Virus record (IMG/VR): IMGVR_UViG_3300046542_000248
Location: 1 to 64,000 of that record
Reading direction: 5' to 3' (one strand)
Length of the DNA: 64,000 bases
Positions 9,619 through 18,375 of the stretch are shown here, in pieces. Every line of letters starts with the position of its first letter. The stretch's first letter is position 1. The notes under the pieces are model-generated. The model worked only from the letters and a program-made list of their open reading frames with translations, did no database searches and was not told the DNA's origin. A program made the translations under genes and the position numbers.

Positions 9619-11199
9619 TTAAAATTTAGCAACTCTTGAAAGGTTTTGGAATACGGGGATTCCGTCGCCAGGCTTCGGTTGCTTCGTCATTTGGTAGACT
9701 GTTTGGACGAAGTCCCTCTGAATGATTCTAGAGTTCTGTCCAATGAGCGTCATGATGTACTTCTTATCATTCATATATCTAGCAGCATCTTCATTGGCTT
9801 CTTCTGTAAGAGCGGCAGCCAGTGTAAGCATATCACCATCATAATCTCCACCCAATCCTGGTAGATAACTATTATGAACGTGAAGAGTATCAATAAATGA
9901 AATACTACTATTCTTATTGATCTCAATGTCTGGATAATAATCATAGTACTTATCACCAATCAATACAGATATAGTTTTCTTAGTAGTAAGAATAGTAAAT
10001 TTAGAAGGATTTACACCAAAGTTATCTTCAATTGGATAACGAGTGAAGTAAACGTGCTTTTCAGATAATCTGTCGTTACACACAATGAATAGGATATCTG
10101 TCCAAGTCAATGGGCGTGTTACAGAAGTTTGAGCTTGACCAAATCTTCCTGTCAAATATAGATTACCTTTTCTTCCTTCTTCATTTTCAGGAAGTTCGAT
10201 AGCTTTGAATCTGGAAGAAGTACCGTAGATGAACTTTTTGATCATCTTAATGATATATTCTTCAGAAGTATAATATTCGGGATTTGTTAATGTGAGATAC
10301 TCAACCTCACCTTTTTCATTCCTATATGGGTATTTACCCGATAGTTGGAATTCATTTTCTAAAAACTCTTTTACACCATGAATTACAAATGGCATAAAGA
10401 TAGCACAGATACTGGCAAGAGGAACACCAATTCGTCCAAATCTAACTTGAACTTGATCGTAAGTTTCTCCTCTGATAATTGGTGCAGAGATTACTAGTCG
10501 AGCACCTAAGTCTGTATTCTTACCCATTACAAACTTTTTAAAAGTACCATTCTTTGCTCTAAGTTGAGAATCAATGATTTGGTCATGAATCTCATTCAGA
10601 GTAAATTGGATACGAGCTTTGGAGATATTGGATGTTAGACCATATTGCGCTTGTTGAGTTACGCTGTTAACCTGACGAATAATGAATAGATATTTATCGT
10701 TCAATTCATCGTAAGAAGGACGTCCCTCTTCATTATAGTTTACATCACGATAGAAAGCAGGTAGAACGATCCAAGAAGATACCCAGGAGTTCTCTCTATC
10801 TGCTAAGTTCTTAATTCTTTCAGTAGCGAAGACCGACTTACGTTCTTTGAACTCAAGTTTATCCCAGTTATCATATAGGAAATCAAGCCCTGTTTCACCA
10901 TTAGGATCAGGAGTTAATTTCCCATTTTTAATGGAAAATGTCTGTGTTCCTGTAGCACAACTCTCGAAATTCCTATCTAATCGACTAAGATTATAGAACG
11001 TAAGAGGATGTAGATAATGTCCTTTTAAATCAATAAATGCTGGAATGTTCTGACGCTCATAAGAGGTTTGACCGAAGATTCCATAAGAGAATAGAGAATC
11101 ATCCGTTGGCAATCCTTTATCAATAGGAATTGGTCCAGAAACAGGTCTTAGCCCGTTAATAGCAACAACTCTATCAACCCGTGCTTTATGAAGTTTCAA
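9619..11199 (-). CDS. rpoC: Second phage RNA polymerase beta' N-terminal subunit, probably virion RNAP (vRNAP)
   Basis: LFSYGIFG, HYLHP, VLPAFYRD, MGKNTDLGARLVIS, FTRYP and catalytic LGGDYDGD; no Zn ribbon; co-transcribed behind an AACA-N6-TA promoter. Confidence 0.88.
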   Translation of the reverse strand: MKLHKARVDRVVAINGLRPVSGPIPIDKGLPTDDSLFSYGIFGQTSYERQNIPAFIDLKGHYLHPLTFYNLSRLDRNFESCATGTQTFSIKNGKLTPDPNGETGLDFLYDNWDKLEFKERKSVFATERIKNLADRENSWVSSWIVLPAFYRDVNYNEEGRPSYDELNDKYLFIIRQVNSVTQQAQYGLTSNISKARIQFTLNEIHDQIIDSQLRAKNGTFKKFVMGKNTDLGARLVISAPIIRGETYDQVQVRFGRIGVPLASICAIFMPFVIHGVKEFLENEFQLSGKYPYRNEKGEVEYLTLTNPEYYTSEEYIIKMIKKFIYGTSSRFKAIELPENEEGRKGNLYLTGRFGQAQTSVTRPLTWTDILFIVCNDRLSEKHVYFTRYPIEDNFGVNPSKFTILTTKKTISVLIGDKYYDYYPDIEINKNSSISFIDTLHVHNSYLPGLGGDYDGDMLTLAAALTEEANEDAARYMNDKKYIMTLIGQNSRIIQRDFVQTVYQMTKQPKPGDGIPVFQNLSRVAKF

Positions 11200-11215
11200 T
11201 TTAACTCACCTCGTA

Positions 11216-11464
11216 TTATGGTATAATTGCATCCTTACCCTCATCCTCTTCAATTGCACCAATACAATGATCTTTCTCAAAGAGGTTTAAAAATTTGCAA
11301 AGAAATCTACACATCCAACAGCTTGTATTATTACGTAAGTGTTTACCAAGTCTGCTACTAATAGTTTCATCAGGATCTCCACCCAAAATAGCGTTTGCTA
11401 ATTGGTCGATTCCAAATAATACATTCCAGATATACCGTATTAAAACTTGTTTGAATTTACTCAT
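11216..11464 (-). CDS. Small conserved phage protein (DQLANAILGGDPDETISSRLGK family)
   Basis: Widespread phage motif DQ..N...GG.PDETISSR.G plus C-terminal C..C...HC; AAAGGAG SD. Confidence 0.75.
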   Translation of the reverse strand: MSKFKQVLIRYIWNVLFGIDQLANAILGGDPDETISSRLGKHLRNNTSCWMCRFLCKFLNLFEKDHCIGAIEEDEGKDAIIP

Positions 11465-11499
11465 ATTATCCTGCTCCTTTCGACCAAGATTTAATTAAT

Positions 11500-11511
11500 T
11501 ATCTGGGTGTT
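11500..11511 (-). promoter_or_regulatory. Putative late promoter AACA-N6-TA
   Basis: Minus strand reads AACAcccagaTA, 35 nt upstream of the 11464 start. Confidence 0.6.
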
Positions 11512-11536
11512 TCCATCATCAAAAGAAAAAAAAAAT

Positions 11537-11562
11537 AAGATAGAGGATTTCTCCTCTATCTT
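11537..11562 (-). terminator. Intrinsic terminator (GAAA loop)
   Basis: Minus strand AAGATAGAGGA-gaaa-TCCTCTATCTT then long T-run. Confidence 0.75.
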
Positions 11563-11566
11563 GCTC

Positions 11567-11668
11567 TTATTTGATCATATGTAGAATTACTGACATCAGG
11601 AATCCTATAGATACGTAGAATATTACAGAATTCACATGATCATTATCGTTACTATGTATTTCATCCAC
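11567..11668 (-). CDS. Possible 33-aa membrane peptide (MDEIHSNDNDHVNSVIFYVSIGFLMSVILHMIK)
   Basis: Hand-translated; fills the gap between an ORF and a terminator; hydrophobic C-terminal half; SD spacing is poor. Confidence 0.3.
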   Translation of the reverse strand: MDEIHSNDNDHVNSVIFYVSIGFLMSVILHMIK

Positions 11669-11672
11669 CTCC

Positions 11673-12047
11673 CTATTTATCATAAAACTTAAGTCCTAGT
11701 TTTGCATATGGATATTTGCGACGCATCGCACCATACTCATCCATGTCAATAAATTTTACTTTAATATCTTTAAAGAATAACTCATTGTAATCATCTATTA
11801 GGATGCAAGCTTGATAGATTGCACCCATAATAGCTATTTGATTTTGGTCTAGATTTTTAATAGGGGTTGCATTAAATTCTCGAATCAACGTTCTAATCTT
11901 TTCAGTCCTTACAACTTGACTGAGTGTTATAAAGCGTTTCTTCTTTACACACAAATGCATTTCCTGTATAAACTTCTTAGGATGCTTATTAGGCTTCGTT
12001 AGATGCTTATACTTTCGCATCTTTTTTATCATATCTTTTGTATTCAC
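11673..12047 (-). CDS. Hypothetical basic protein
   Basis: 124 aa ORF in a minus-strand operon. Confidence 0.65.
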   Translation of the reverse strand: MNTKDMIKKMRKYKHLTKPNKHPKKFIQEMHLCVKKKRFITLSQVVRTEKIRTLIREFNATPIKNLDQNQIAIMGAIYQACILIDDYNELFFKDIKVKFIDMDEYGAMRRKYPYAKLGLKFYDK

Positions 12048-12567
12048 GAATCATATCAAGCAGAATCTCTTCAACAATACCAGTCCAAGGAAGATCCTGG
12101 GTATTTTTACGTTTAATATCATACATAAATATTGTACTGGATAATCCCTTGTCAAAATCATAATGAGCAACACGGCGAATAATCTCCATGTTTTTAAGCT
12201 GCATTCCAGCGGATCTGATATTTATAACCTCGCCTAATGTGAACATCGGTAATGGTACCTCAGTAACAACTTCATCATCTGTCTTATTAGGATAGATAGT
12301 TGCACATGTACCAATAGCTTGTGGTGTACCGTACATTGCAATGTAATCTTGATCGCCCATACGTTTAGTCAATACATATCTTGCATCCATCCAACCAATT
12401 CTTTCATCCATAAATTGATCGGCAGAGATTACAATATCAGCTTCGGTTATTGCACCACCATAACCTTTACAAACATAGGTTTTTAATTGTTCCTCGTTCA
12501 CAAACTCCATAGCTTCTGCTAAGGAGTCTACTAGTGTAGCTCGGTTTGGTCTGAAGATAATTGCCAT
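12007..12567 (-). CDS. Hypothetical protein
   Basis: AGGAGG SD, 186 aa; DERIGW motif. Confidence 0.7.
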   Translation of the reverse strand: MAIIFRPNRATLVDSLAEAMEFVNEEQLKTYVCKGYGGAITEADIVISADQFMDERIGWMDARYVLTKRMGDQDYIAMYGTPQAIGTCATIYPNKTDDEVVTEVPLPMFTLGEVINIRSAGMQLKNMEIIRRVAHYDFDKGLSSTIFMYDIKRKNTQDLPWTGIVEEILLDMIREYKRYDKKDAKV

Positions 12568-12569
12568 GA

Positions 12570-13025
12570 TTAATTTCCTCCTTGAATTGCTTCGAGTATT
12601 TTAATACCGGAGATAACATCATTAACGACATTATCAATTCGATCCATAAACGGTGATTCATAATACTTGATTTTATTATTTACAATATCCTCAGATTTTC
12701 TTTCTACGGGCATTGTTAATTTAGAATTATCTATTTCAAAATATGTATCAGTTGCCAATGCATATTCTTGTGGATTTATTTGATGTACTAATGCCAATTC
12801 AGCATCAGCCCACATCCATCCAATAATAACGCTTATAAAGTAGAATGAAGATTCACGATCTGCATTGCCAACTACTGTGAAAGCATCGTTAAACCCAGAT
12901 AACCGATGAGTTACTTTATAATGAGATAATCCATTCTGATCAAGATGTTCTTGTATCTTATTCATAATAACTTCTACAGTTTGTGATGATTTCTCAGCCC
13001 AACTATTTCCCATAATTTCGCTCAT
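12570..13025 (-). CDS. Hypothetical protein
   Basis: AGGAGG SD, 151 aa. Confidence 0.7.
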   Translation of the reverse strand: MSEIMGNSWAEKSSQTVEVIMNKIQEHLDQNGLSHYKVTHRLSGFNDAFTVVGNADRESSFYFISVIIGWMWADAELALVHQINPQEYALATDTYFEIDNSKLTMPVERKSEDIVNNKIKYYESPFMDRIDNVVNDVISGIKILEAIQGGN

Positions 13026-13026
13026 T

Positions 13027-13614
13027 TTAATTTCCTCCTAATTGATATCTTAATACCCATTTTTCATCAAGGAACGCACGAAATTCTTCAATGAATTCTG
13101 GAGTTAATTTTTGATATTTAGAAATATACTTCCAAGCCACATTATCCTTAAATTCTCTGATAAATGATTCAGATAGTTTCTGATGCATTGATATTTGCAA
13201 CCAGTCAACTTTATATCTGTATTTACGAATAAATGCTTCCGACATAACCTGACATCTACTTGCTACAACCCAGCTGAGTTTATCTCTGTGCTTGGTCATC
13301 ATCTCTTCTGATAGTTTTTGGTGTCTGGATATTACATCCCAAACAGATGGTTTATCAGTTAGATCGTACATATCTTCTGAAAATACCTGATGTTTTGCTA
13401 AAACTCTTAGTGGGAATTTTTTAGTATGAAGATTTCTCTTCATAAATTCAGGACTAAGATCCATATAGGTCATTGCACCATTCCAGAGCATCCAGTCAAG
13501 AGGACCTCTCTTCTCTAGAATTTCTTCAGTTACATTCACATAATCTTTTCCACGGTAATTCATTTGCCATTCATTTAATCTTGGATTGGCAGCCATCAGG
13601 TAATCACTCCTCAA
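13027..13614 (-). CDS. Tryptophan-repeat protein
   Basis: About 4 tandem 23-aa repeats W..IS..QKLSE.FI..F.D.V. Confidence 0.75.
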   Translation of the reverse strand: MRSDYLMAANPRLNEWQMNYRGKDYVNVTEEILEKRGPLDWMLWNGAMTYMDLSPEFMKRNLHTKKFPLRVLAKHQVFSEDMYDLTDKPSVWDVISRHQKLSEEMMTKHRDKLSWVVASRCQVMSEAFIRKYRYKVDWLQISMHQKLSESFIREFKDNVAWKYISKYQKLTPEFIEEFRAFLDEKWVLRYQLGGN

Positions 13615-13626
13615 TAAATTTAGTAG

Positions 13627-14388
13627 TTACTTCAATTTTATTCTCTTAGCAAATATAGGTTTAAACCTATCACATCCGCCAAGAATTTGTTCAATATCTT
13701 CATCGACTAATAAAAGTCTGTCGATTGTAGATCCCCAGAGAATAGATGCTGAAAATCCCCATCTATAATCTACGCCACTTAAATAACTTTTTGAATCTAT
13801 GTAGGTCCATAAGGAAAGATCCTCATCGACGTGCCATACAGGATTTGTAATACGAAGGTCTAACTTTCTTAACATATTTTTAATATTTCTTCCATAGCAT
13901 AGATCCAATATGGACATATTAACATTGCCCATAGAGAAGCAAGGAAGACGAGTTGTTGCACAGACATTTGGGCAATGGACCTTGATAGAATTAAAGGTCT
14001 TGCCACCGTAATAAGTTTCACCAATAATAACAATACCAGTATCGACGTTATAAGCTAATAATTGATAATCATTGCCGTAATCACTTTGGAACGGTCTTTC
14101 AAATCCAATCTTATAATTTAACAATTTTAGTACTTCTATAAATTCATCGTAACCAATATCATTATAATAATCATAAGCAATATTAATAGCTTCAACCATA
14201 ATAAACTTTTCACTTTCTTTAATAACATTTGTTACCTTTGCATATCCAATTTTAATGTCAGGACAATTAACAATAATAATTACTTTTCCAAATTCGGTAT
14301 AAGAAATAAAGGACTCATTTTTTCCAGGTTGGATAAGGATAATGTCGTCAAGTTTAATTTGACTTCTAACTTCAGTTACAAATGTCAT
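13627..14388 (-). CDS. Hypothetical protein
   Basis: GGAGG SD, 253 aa, first gene after an early-type promoter. Confidence 0.7.
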   Translation of the reverse strand: MTFVTEVRSQIKLDDIILIQPGKNESFISYTEFGKVIIIVNCPDIKIGYAKVTNVIKESEKFIMVEAINIAYDYYNDIGYDEFIEVLKLLNYKIGFERPFQSDYGNDYQLLAYNVDTGIVIIGETYYGGKTFNSIKVHCPNVCATTRLPCFSMGNVNMSILDLCYGRNIKNMLRKLDLRITNPVWHVDEDLSLWTYIDSKSYLSGVDYRWGFSASILWGSTIDRLLLVDEDIEQILGGCDRFKPIFAKRIKLK

Positions 14389-14430
14389 CTGTAGATCCTC
14401 CGATGGTTTTAGTAGTATTATTCACTATAT

Positions 14431-14444
14431 AATAATATATATTT
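14431..14444 (-). promoter_or_regulatory. Putative early promoter
   Basis: Minus strand AAATATATATTATT. Confidence 0.7.
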
Positions 14445-14477
14445 TATTATCCTAGGTACTTCGGTTACAAAAAAAAA

Positions 14478-14505
14478 GAGAAGTTCTGCTACTCAGCAGA
14501 ACCTC
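14478..14505 (-). terminator. Intrinsic terminator
   Basis: GTTCTGCT...AGCAGAAC stem, T-run on the minus strand. Confidence 0.65.
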
Positions 14506-14511
14506 CGTATA

Positions 14512-14949
14512 TTATTTATTACTGGTTAAGACATCCAACTTTTTAACCACCTGTAATCCATGTGTCCCCGTTGTAATCTGTACGGTAGATTGAGCAACTG
14601 CATAACCTTTCTTGAGTAGAAACTCAAATAAATCTTTTGCCATTTCAGGAGTTTTGCAGTATATAATATCTACCACGTTGGTTTGTTTCTGTCTTTCTGA
14701 AAATGGAACTGCACCCATAATCTTGTCTTTAAGTTTAATATATCCTTCAATGACTACTTCATTTTCACTATTGAAAATTTGTTCTTCACCTTCTGCACCG
14801 AATGCTTGCCAAACTTGTTGAACACACTCTTCTGCTTGGTCTAATGTTAATTGTTGACCTTGATCAATTGCATTGGTGATATTGTTAACTGCCATAAATC
14901 CTGTAAAGCATTTTATAATACGATCTGTTTCTTGGCGTTTTGTTTCCAT
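14512..14949 (-). CDS. Hypothetical early protein
   Basis: GGAGG SD; monocistronic between a promoter and a terminator. Confidence 0.75.
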   Translation of the reverse strand: METKRQETDRIIKCFTGFMAVNNITNAIDQGQQLTLDQAEECVQQVWQAFGAEGEEQIFNSENEVVIEGYIKLKDKIMGAVPFSERQKQTNVVDIIYCKTPEMAKDLFEFLLKKGYAVAQSTVQITTGTHGLQVVKKLDVLTSNK

Positions 14950-14989
14950 TTTCTATTCCTCCGATATAATTAATTTATCATTACTAATC

Positions 14990-15003
14990 AATAATATATA
15001 TTT
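14990..15003 (-). promoter_or_regulatory. Putative early promoter
   Basis: Minus strand AAATATATATTATT. Confidence 0.7.
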
Positions 15004-15020
15004 TACTTTGCAAGTAAAAA

Positions 15021-15044
15021 GAGCATAGGATTTCTCCTATACTC
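15021..15044 (-). terminator. Intrinsic terminator (GAAA loop)
   Basis: Minus strand GAGTATAGGA-gaaa-TCCTATGCTC plus T-run. Confidence 0.7.
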
Positions 15045-15055
15045 AGTCTATCAAT

Positions 15056-15412
15056 TTATTCTTCTTCCACCTTAGTGAACTTAACCTTAATTCCACTAGA
15101 CGTTTCCACAATAGTCACTTTAAAATCGTCAGATTCAAGATACTTCACCCTAAATTTTTTGGTTTCAAGGTATTCCATAATCTTTTTAGACGCTTTTCCA
15201 GGAAGGGAAATAGGGAAGGTTAATTCATCATTAAACACTTCAGGATTTTTAAACTTACATTTGTCAAGTATACTAGCACGTTTCAATATGTTATACAGCG
15301 AATAGCATTCCGAGTAATACGTTGGGATGAGTAAATCGAATATTTCTTCACTGTAAGAATTATTCTTTTTGATTAATTCTAGCAGCATATCAACCCGTGT
15401 CATATCATCCAT
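15056..15412 (-). CDS. Hypothetical protein in tail/baseplate operon
   Basis: AAGGGAGG SD, 118 aa. Confidence 0.7.
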   Translation of the reverse strand: MDDMTRVDMLLELIKKNNSYSEEIFDLLIPTYYSECYSLYNILKRASILDKCKFKNPEVFNDELTFPISLPGKASKKIMEYLETKKFRVKYLESDDFKVTIVETSSGIKVKFTKVEEE

Positions 15413-15427
15413 CTGCGCTCCTCCCTT

Positions 15428-15799
15428 CTATTTCCTATTCTGGTTAGAGCGCCTTTGCTCTTTCAGTTGCTCTTCCAGTTGCCTTTGTTCCATTTGTTTT
15501 CTATTTTTCTCGACGAATATGCGTCGTCGTTCAAGTTCAGATAGTAATTCCCGTAAAGGCATATTAGTTATCTTATCTTCAGAAAAGATGGCAGAGAGGA
15601 AATCGCGAGCGAAATCCAATAGCTTTTGATATTCCTCTATCCGCCTTGCTGCTACTTGCTTTCGTTTAAGGATTTCAGCTTTTCGCTGTTCTTGCGTTTC
15701 TCCAAGTTGTTCTTCATCCCCCTTATTCGGGACAAAGTAAAAAGCAAGTCGTCCATCTTTTGCCGTTGCTGTTTGTGAACACGTCCACAAGCAGGGCAA
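15428..15799 (-). CDS. T4 gp51-like / tail-assembly-chaperone downstream ORF, probably expressed by -1 frameshift from the upstream gene
   Basis: SEDKITNMPLRELLSELERR resembles the gp51-type motif; 148-nt overlap in the -1 frame; no convincing own start. Confidence 0.5.
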   Translation of the reverse strand: MPCLWTCSQTATAKDGRLAFYFVPNKGDEEQLGETQEQRKAEILKRKQVAARRIEEYQKLLDFARDFLSAIFSEDKITNMPLRELLSELERRRIFVEKNRKQMEQRQLEEQLKEQRRSNQNRK

Positions 15800-17256
15800 G
15801 TGAACCCTTTAATCCCGTATTGGATCTCCTTGGAGTTATCATATTCTTCGATTTGATTATCAATTTCATTGTGAGTTTCAGGTTCCATACCGATAAGAAC
15901 TTCGATAAGTTCCTCGATAGTATCATATTTCAGATACTCGCCATCAGGAGTTGGTAGACCAATGTATTCGATGAACATGAGGTATCCAAATACTACATTC
16001 AAGTTCGTAGTGTCTTTATTGGATTTAGTAACCCAGTTCTCGATTTTACTCATAGTAGTCAAACGATCATACAGGGAAGGAATACGAATTCCGACTACTG
16101 TGTAATCACTAAGAGTAACTTGCTTGATTTTGGACAATTTAGTTTGTTTGATAACATCCTTAATGTCCATATTTTGATATAGAATCGTGTCGATCTCTTC
16201 TTTGAATTCATCGCTGTTCAGAACAAGGTCTGCGCTATGAACTTTCAAGTTAAGGTCGATCTTACATTTTTCGTTAGCGCAATTCATCGGATAGTCGTTT
16301 TCTTCAGGGAATGTGGATACAAACATATTGAAGTAAAGTGTTTGCTCATCTTTGTAGTGAATAACCTTCATGAGATCTTGAAGATTTACCACTTTACCAA
16401 AAGATGTATCAACCAAATGCTTCTTGATTACGCTGAGTTTCTTAAACTCAAGCTCAAGAATGGATCTAGGGTTTTCGATGTTTGCAATTGCAATGATTTC
16501 TGGAATTGCAGCACCGGAAAGTGTAAGATGGAAGCCAGAGTTAACCAATGGAGTAGTAACATGGTTATGGCGTTGTGTGTAAGTCTTAAGCAGCGCTTGC
16601 TTAAGGTTACCCTTTTTGCTTGTTTTGAATTTAACTTCATTGGTTTCAAGTACGCCTTTAACCGTTTCTTCATACGTCTTATTGCGTTTAATTTCTACAC
16701 GCAATGCAGATGAAGTACGATCAAATTCTTTCGTCGCACCAGTTAATTCAGTATCAATAGCGTCGGCAAATTTACGTTCAATTTCACGGAATGCCCGTTC
16801 TTGAACATCTTCATCATCTTCAGCAGAATCTTGACCTTCAGCATCACGAAGAAGTGCCATGAATTCGTTATCTTCTTCAGATATTTCTTCTTCTGTGCGT
16901 TCTTCGATATATTCTTGTGCTTTGATTGCATCAGAAGTAAGTTCAGTTTTACCTTCAAGTTCACGAACACGGTTGATTTCACGAACTGTTTCAAGCTGCT
17001 GTTGAACTAGACCTTTATCAAGATCGTCCATTACTTTATCAGGATTTCCGCCGTTTTTAACAAATTCTTTGTGTTCCGACGAAAGATCTTTATACCATTG
17101 CGTTTGCATAAGCTCATCCAACGCTTTACGAGCTTCGTCAGTCATTGCAGGCTGTGTTGGACCTGTAATAGTACCGTCACCGGTTTTCTCATTCATCAAT
17201 TCTGTCATTGCCGTCCGTAATGTGGAATCTTGTTCCTTTGGATTTTGATCGTTCAT
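15652..17256 (-). CDS. T4 gp26-like baseplate hub / tail assembly protein
   Basis: Acidic N-terminal extension, C...C (CANEKC), RIPSL, C-terminal CPACG...DDLLF pattern typical of gp26-like proteins; next to a gp25-like gene. Confidence 0.5.
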   Translation of the reverse strand: MNDQNPKEQDSTLRTAMTELMNEKTGDGTITGPTQPAMTDEARKALDELMQTQWYKDLSSEHKEFVKNGGNPDKVMDDLDKGLVQQQLETVREINRVRELEGKTELTSDAIKAQEYIEERTEEEISEEDNEFMALLRDAEGQDSAEDDEDVQERAFREIERKFADAIDTELTGATKEFDRTSSALRVEIKRNKTYEETVKGVLETNEVKFKTSKKGNLKQALLKTYTQRHNHVTTPLVNSGFHLTLSGAAIPEIIAIANIENPRSILELEFKKLSVIKKHLVDTSFGKVVNLQDLMKVIHYKDEQTLYFNMFVSTFPEENDYPMNCANEKCKIDLNLKVHSADLVLNSDEFKEEIDTILYQNMDIKDVIKQTKLSKIKQVTLSDYTVVGIRIPSLYDRLTTMSKIENWVTKSNKDTTNLNVVFGYLMFIEYIGLPTPDGEYLKYDTIEELIEVLIGMEPETHNEIDNQIEEYDNSKEIQYGIKGFTCPACGRVHKQQRQKMDDLLFTLSRIRGMKNNLEKRKNSEKLKSLNESK

Positions 17257-17324
17257 ATTGTCTCAATCTCCTTCTAATTGGAATTAATGTAGTTTTTAGA
17301 CTGTTTTTAAAATTATTTTCAATC

Positions 17325-17687
17325 TTACACCGTAGACACTGTTAGTAGCACATCATCGCCATTTGTATTGAACAGAACAATCTCGTTAAAGCTCGGAGAC
17401 TGTATTCCGATATATAATTCCGAATCTTTTAGTTCGATAATCATATCATTGATAGAGAAATCACAGTATTCTTCTACCTGCTTATTTATCACAACTTTAA
17501 GATCATTGGCTACATCTTCAGAGAATGATACACGATATTGACCTATATCTATTCCCTTTTCCAAATCATCAGAATGATCACCTGGTTTCATAACCAATAA
17601 AATATATAACTGCATAGCCATCGCAAATGCGCCAGTATATACTTTACCTTTTGAAAATTCATCAATTTCAAATCCAACGTCTTTCAT
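17325..17687 (-). CDS. gp25-like baseplate wedge protein
   Basis: 120 aa; LLVMKPGDH...GIDIGQY...INKQVEEY matches the gp25/GpW pattern (L.t.pGe.P..GI.l..y). Confidence 0.6.
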   Translation of the reverse strand: MKDVGFEIDEFSKGKVYTGAFAMAMQLYILLVMKPGDHSDDLEKGIDIGQYRVSFSEDVANDLKVVINKQVEEYCDFSINDMIIELKDSELYIGIQSPSFNEIVLFNTNGDDVLLTVSTV

Positions 17688-17689
17688 GC

Positions 17690-17980
17690 TTATTCCTCCT
17701 CATCAAAACTATATTTATCTTTTGGAATTTCCGGTAAATCAACAGTGGTTCCTGATAATGAGTGTGTTGAATCTGATAGAAATTCTATTTTGCCATCTCT
17801 AATGAAAAGATGACAGGATGCGGGTTTGGTTGGAGTTGGACCTGTTAATAGTGAACCCTGCACATCAGGCTTATCAGTAAAATCCTTATTAAATCCCCAA
17901 CCTTCACCAAATGAGTGTAATGTTTCACAACCTGGGCAATACATAAGGTATGTGCTAGTACCTGCTTGTCTTATTTTCAT
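17690..17980 (-). CDS. Cys/His metal-binding protein, DUF6527-like (paralog 1)
   Basis: CPGC..LH...W.FN...P.V..S...CHLFIRDGKI.FL.DSTH. Confidence 0.65.
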   Translation of the reverse strand: MKIRQAGTSTYLMYCPGCETLHSFGEGWGFNKDFTDKPDVQGSLLTGPTPTKPASCHLFIRDGKIEFLSDSTHSLSGTTVDLPEIPKDKYSFDEEE

Positions 17981-18282
17981 TCTATTTCCTCCTTATCTGT
18001 AAACCACTCATCTTCAGGGAGAAGATCAATAGTTTTATTTGCAAATTTATGAGTAGTATCTCCAAGATATTGAATCTTTCCATCATTAATGAAACTATGA
18101 CAATTGAACCTTTGCCCTCCTCTAACTCCATCTATTACATATGAAGGAGATATCGTTGGGAGTTCCATATTACCATTAAATTGCCAACGACTGTCTATAC
18201 CGTGCAAGAATTCACATCCCTGGCAATAGAATATATAATTAAAATTTGGATCATTATCAGGCATCTTTCTGAATCTTGACAT
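17977..18282 (-). CDS. Cys/His metal-binding protein, DUF6527-like (paralog 2)
   Basis: CQGC..LH...WQFNGN..LPTISPS...CHSFINDGKIQYLGDTTH. Confidence 0.65.
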   Translation of the reverse strand: MSRFRKMPDNDPNFNYIFYCQGCEFLHGIDSRWQFNGNMELPTISPSYVIDGVRGGQRFNCHSFINDGKIQYLGDTTHKFANKTIDLLPEDEWFTDKEEIE

Positions 18283-18310
18283 AGTATCACCATCCTTTTT
18301 ATTTGTACAT

Positions 18311-18322
18311 TAATTTTGTGTT
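18311..18322 (-). promoter_or_regulatory. Putative late promoter AACA-N6-TA (leftward, baseplate operon)
   Basis: Minus strand AACAcaaaatTA. Confidence 0.65.
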
Positions 18323-18334
18323 TTCTATATAGAA

Positions 18335-18346
18335 AACAGCCAATTA
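18335..18346 (+). promoter_or_regulatory. Putative late promoter AACA-N6-TA (rightward)
   Basis: AACAgccaatTA; back-to-back with the leftward copy. Confidence 0.65.
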
Positions 18347-18375
18347 AAGTATATTAAACGAAAGGACTGAATCGA

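Noticed and set aside
1803-11199. Group I introns in the RNAP genes, as in AR9
   Set aside because: Both beta' ORFs are continuous from the N-terminal motifs to the catalytic DxDGD loop.
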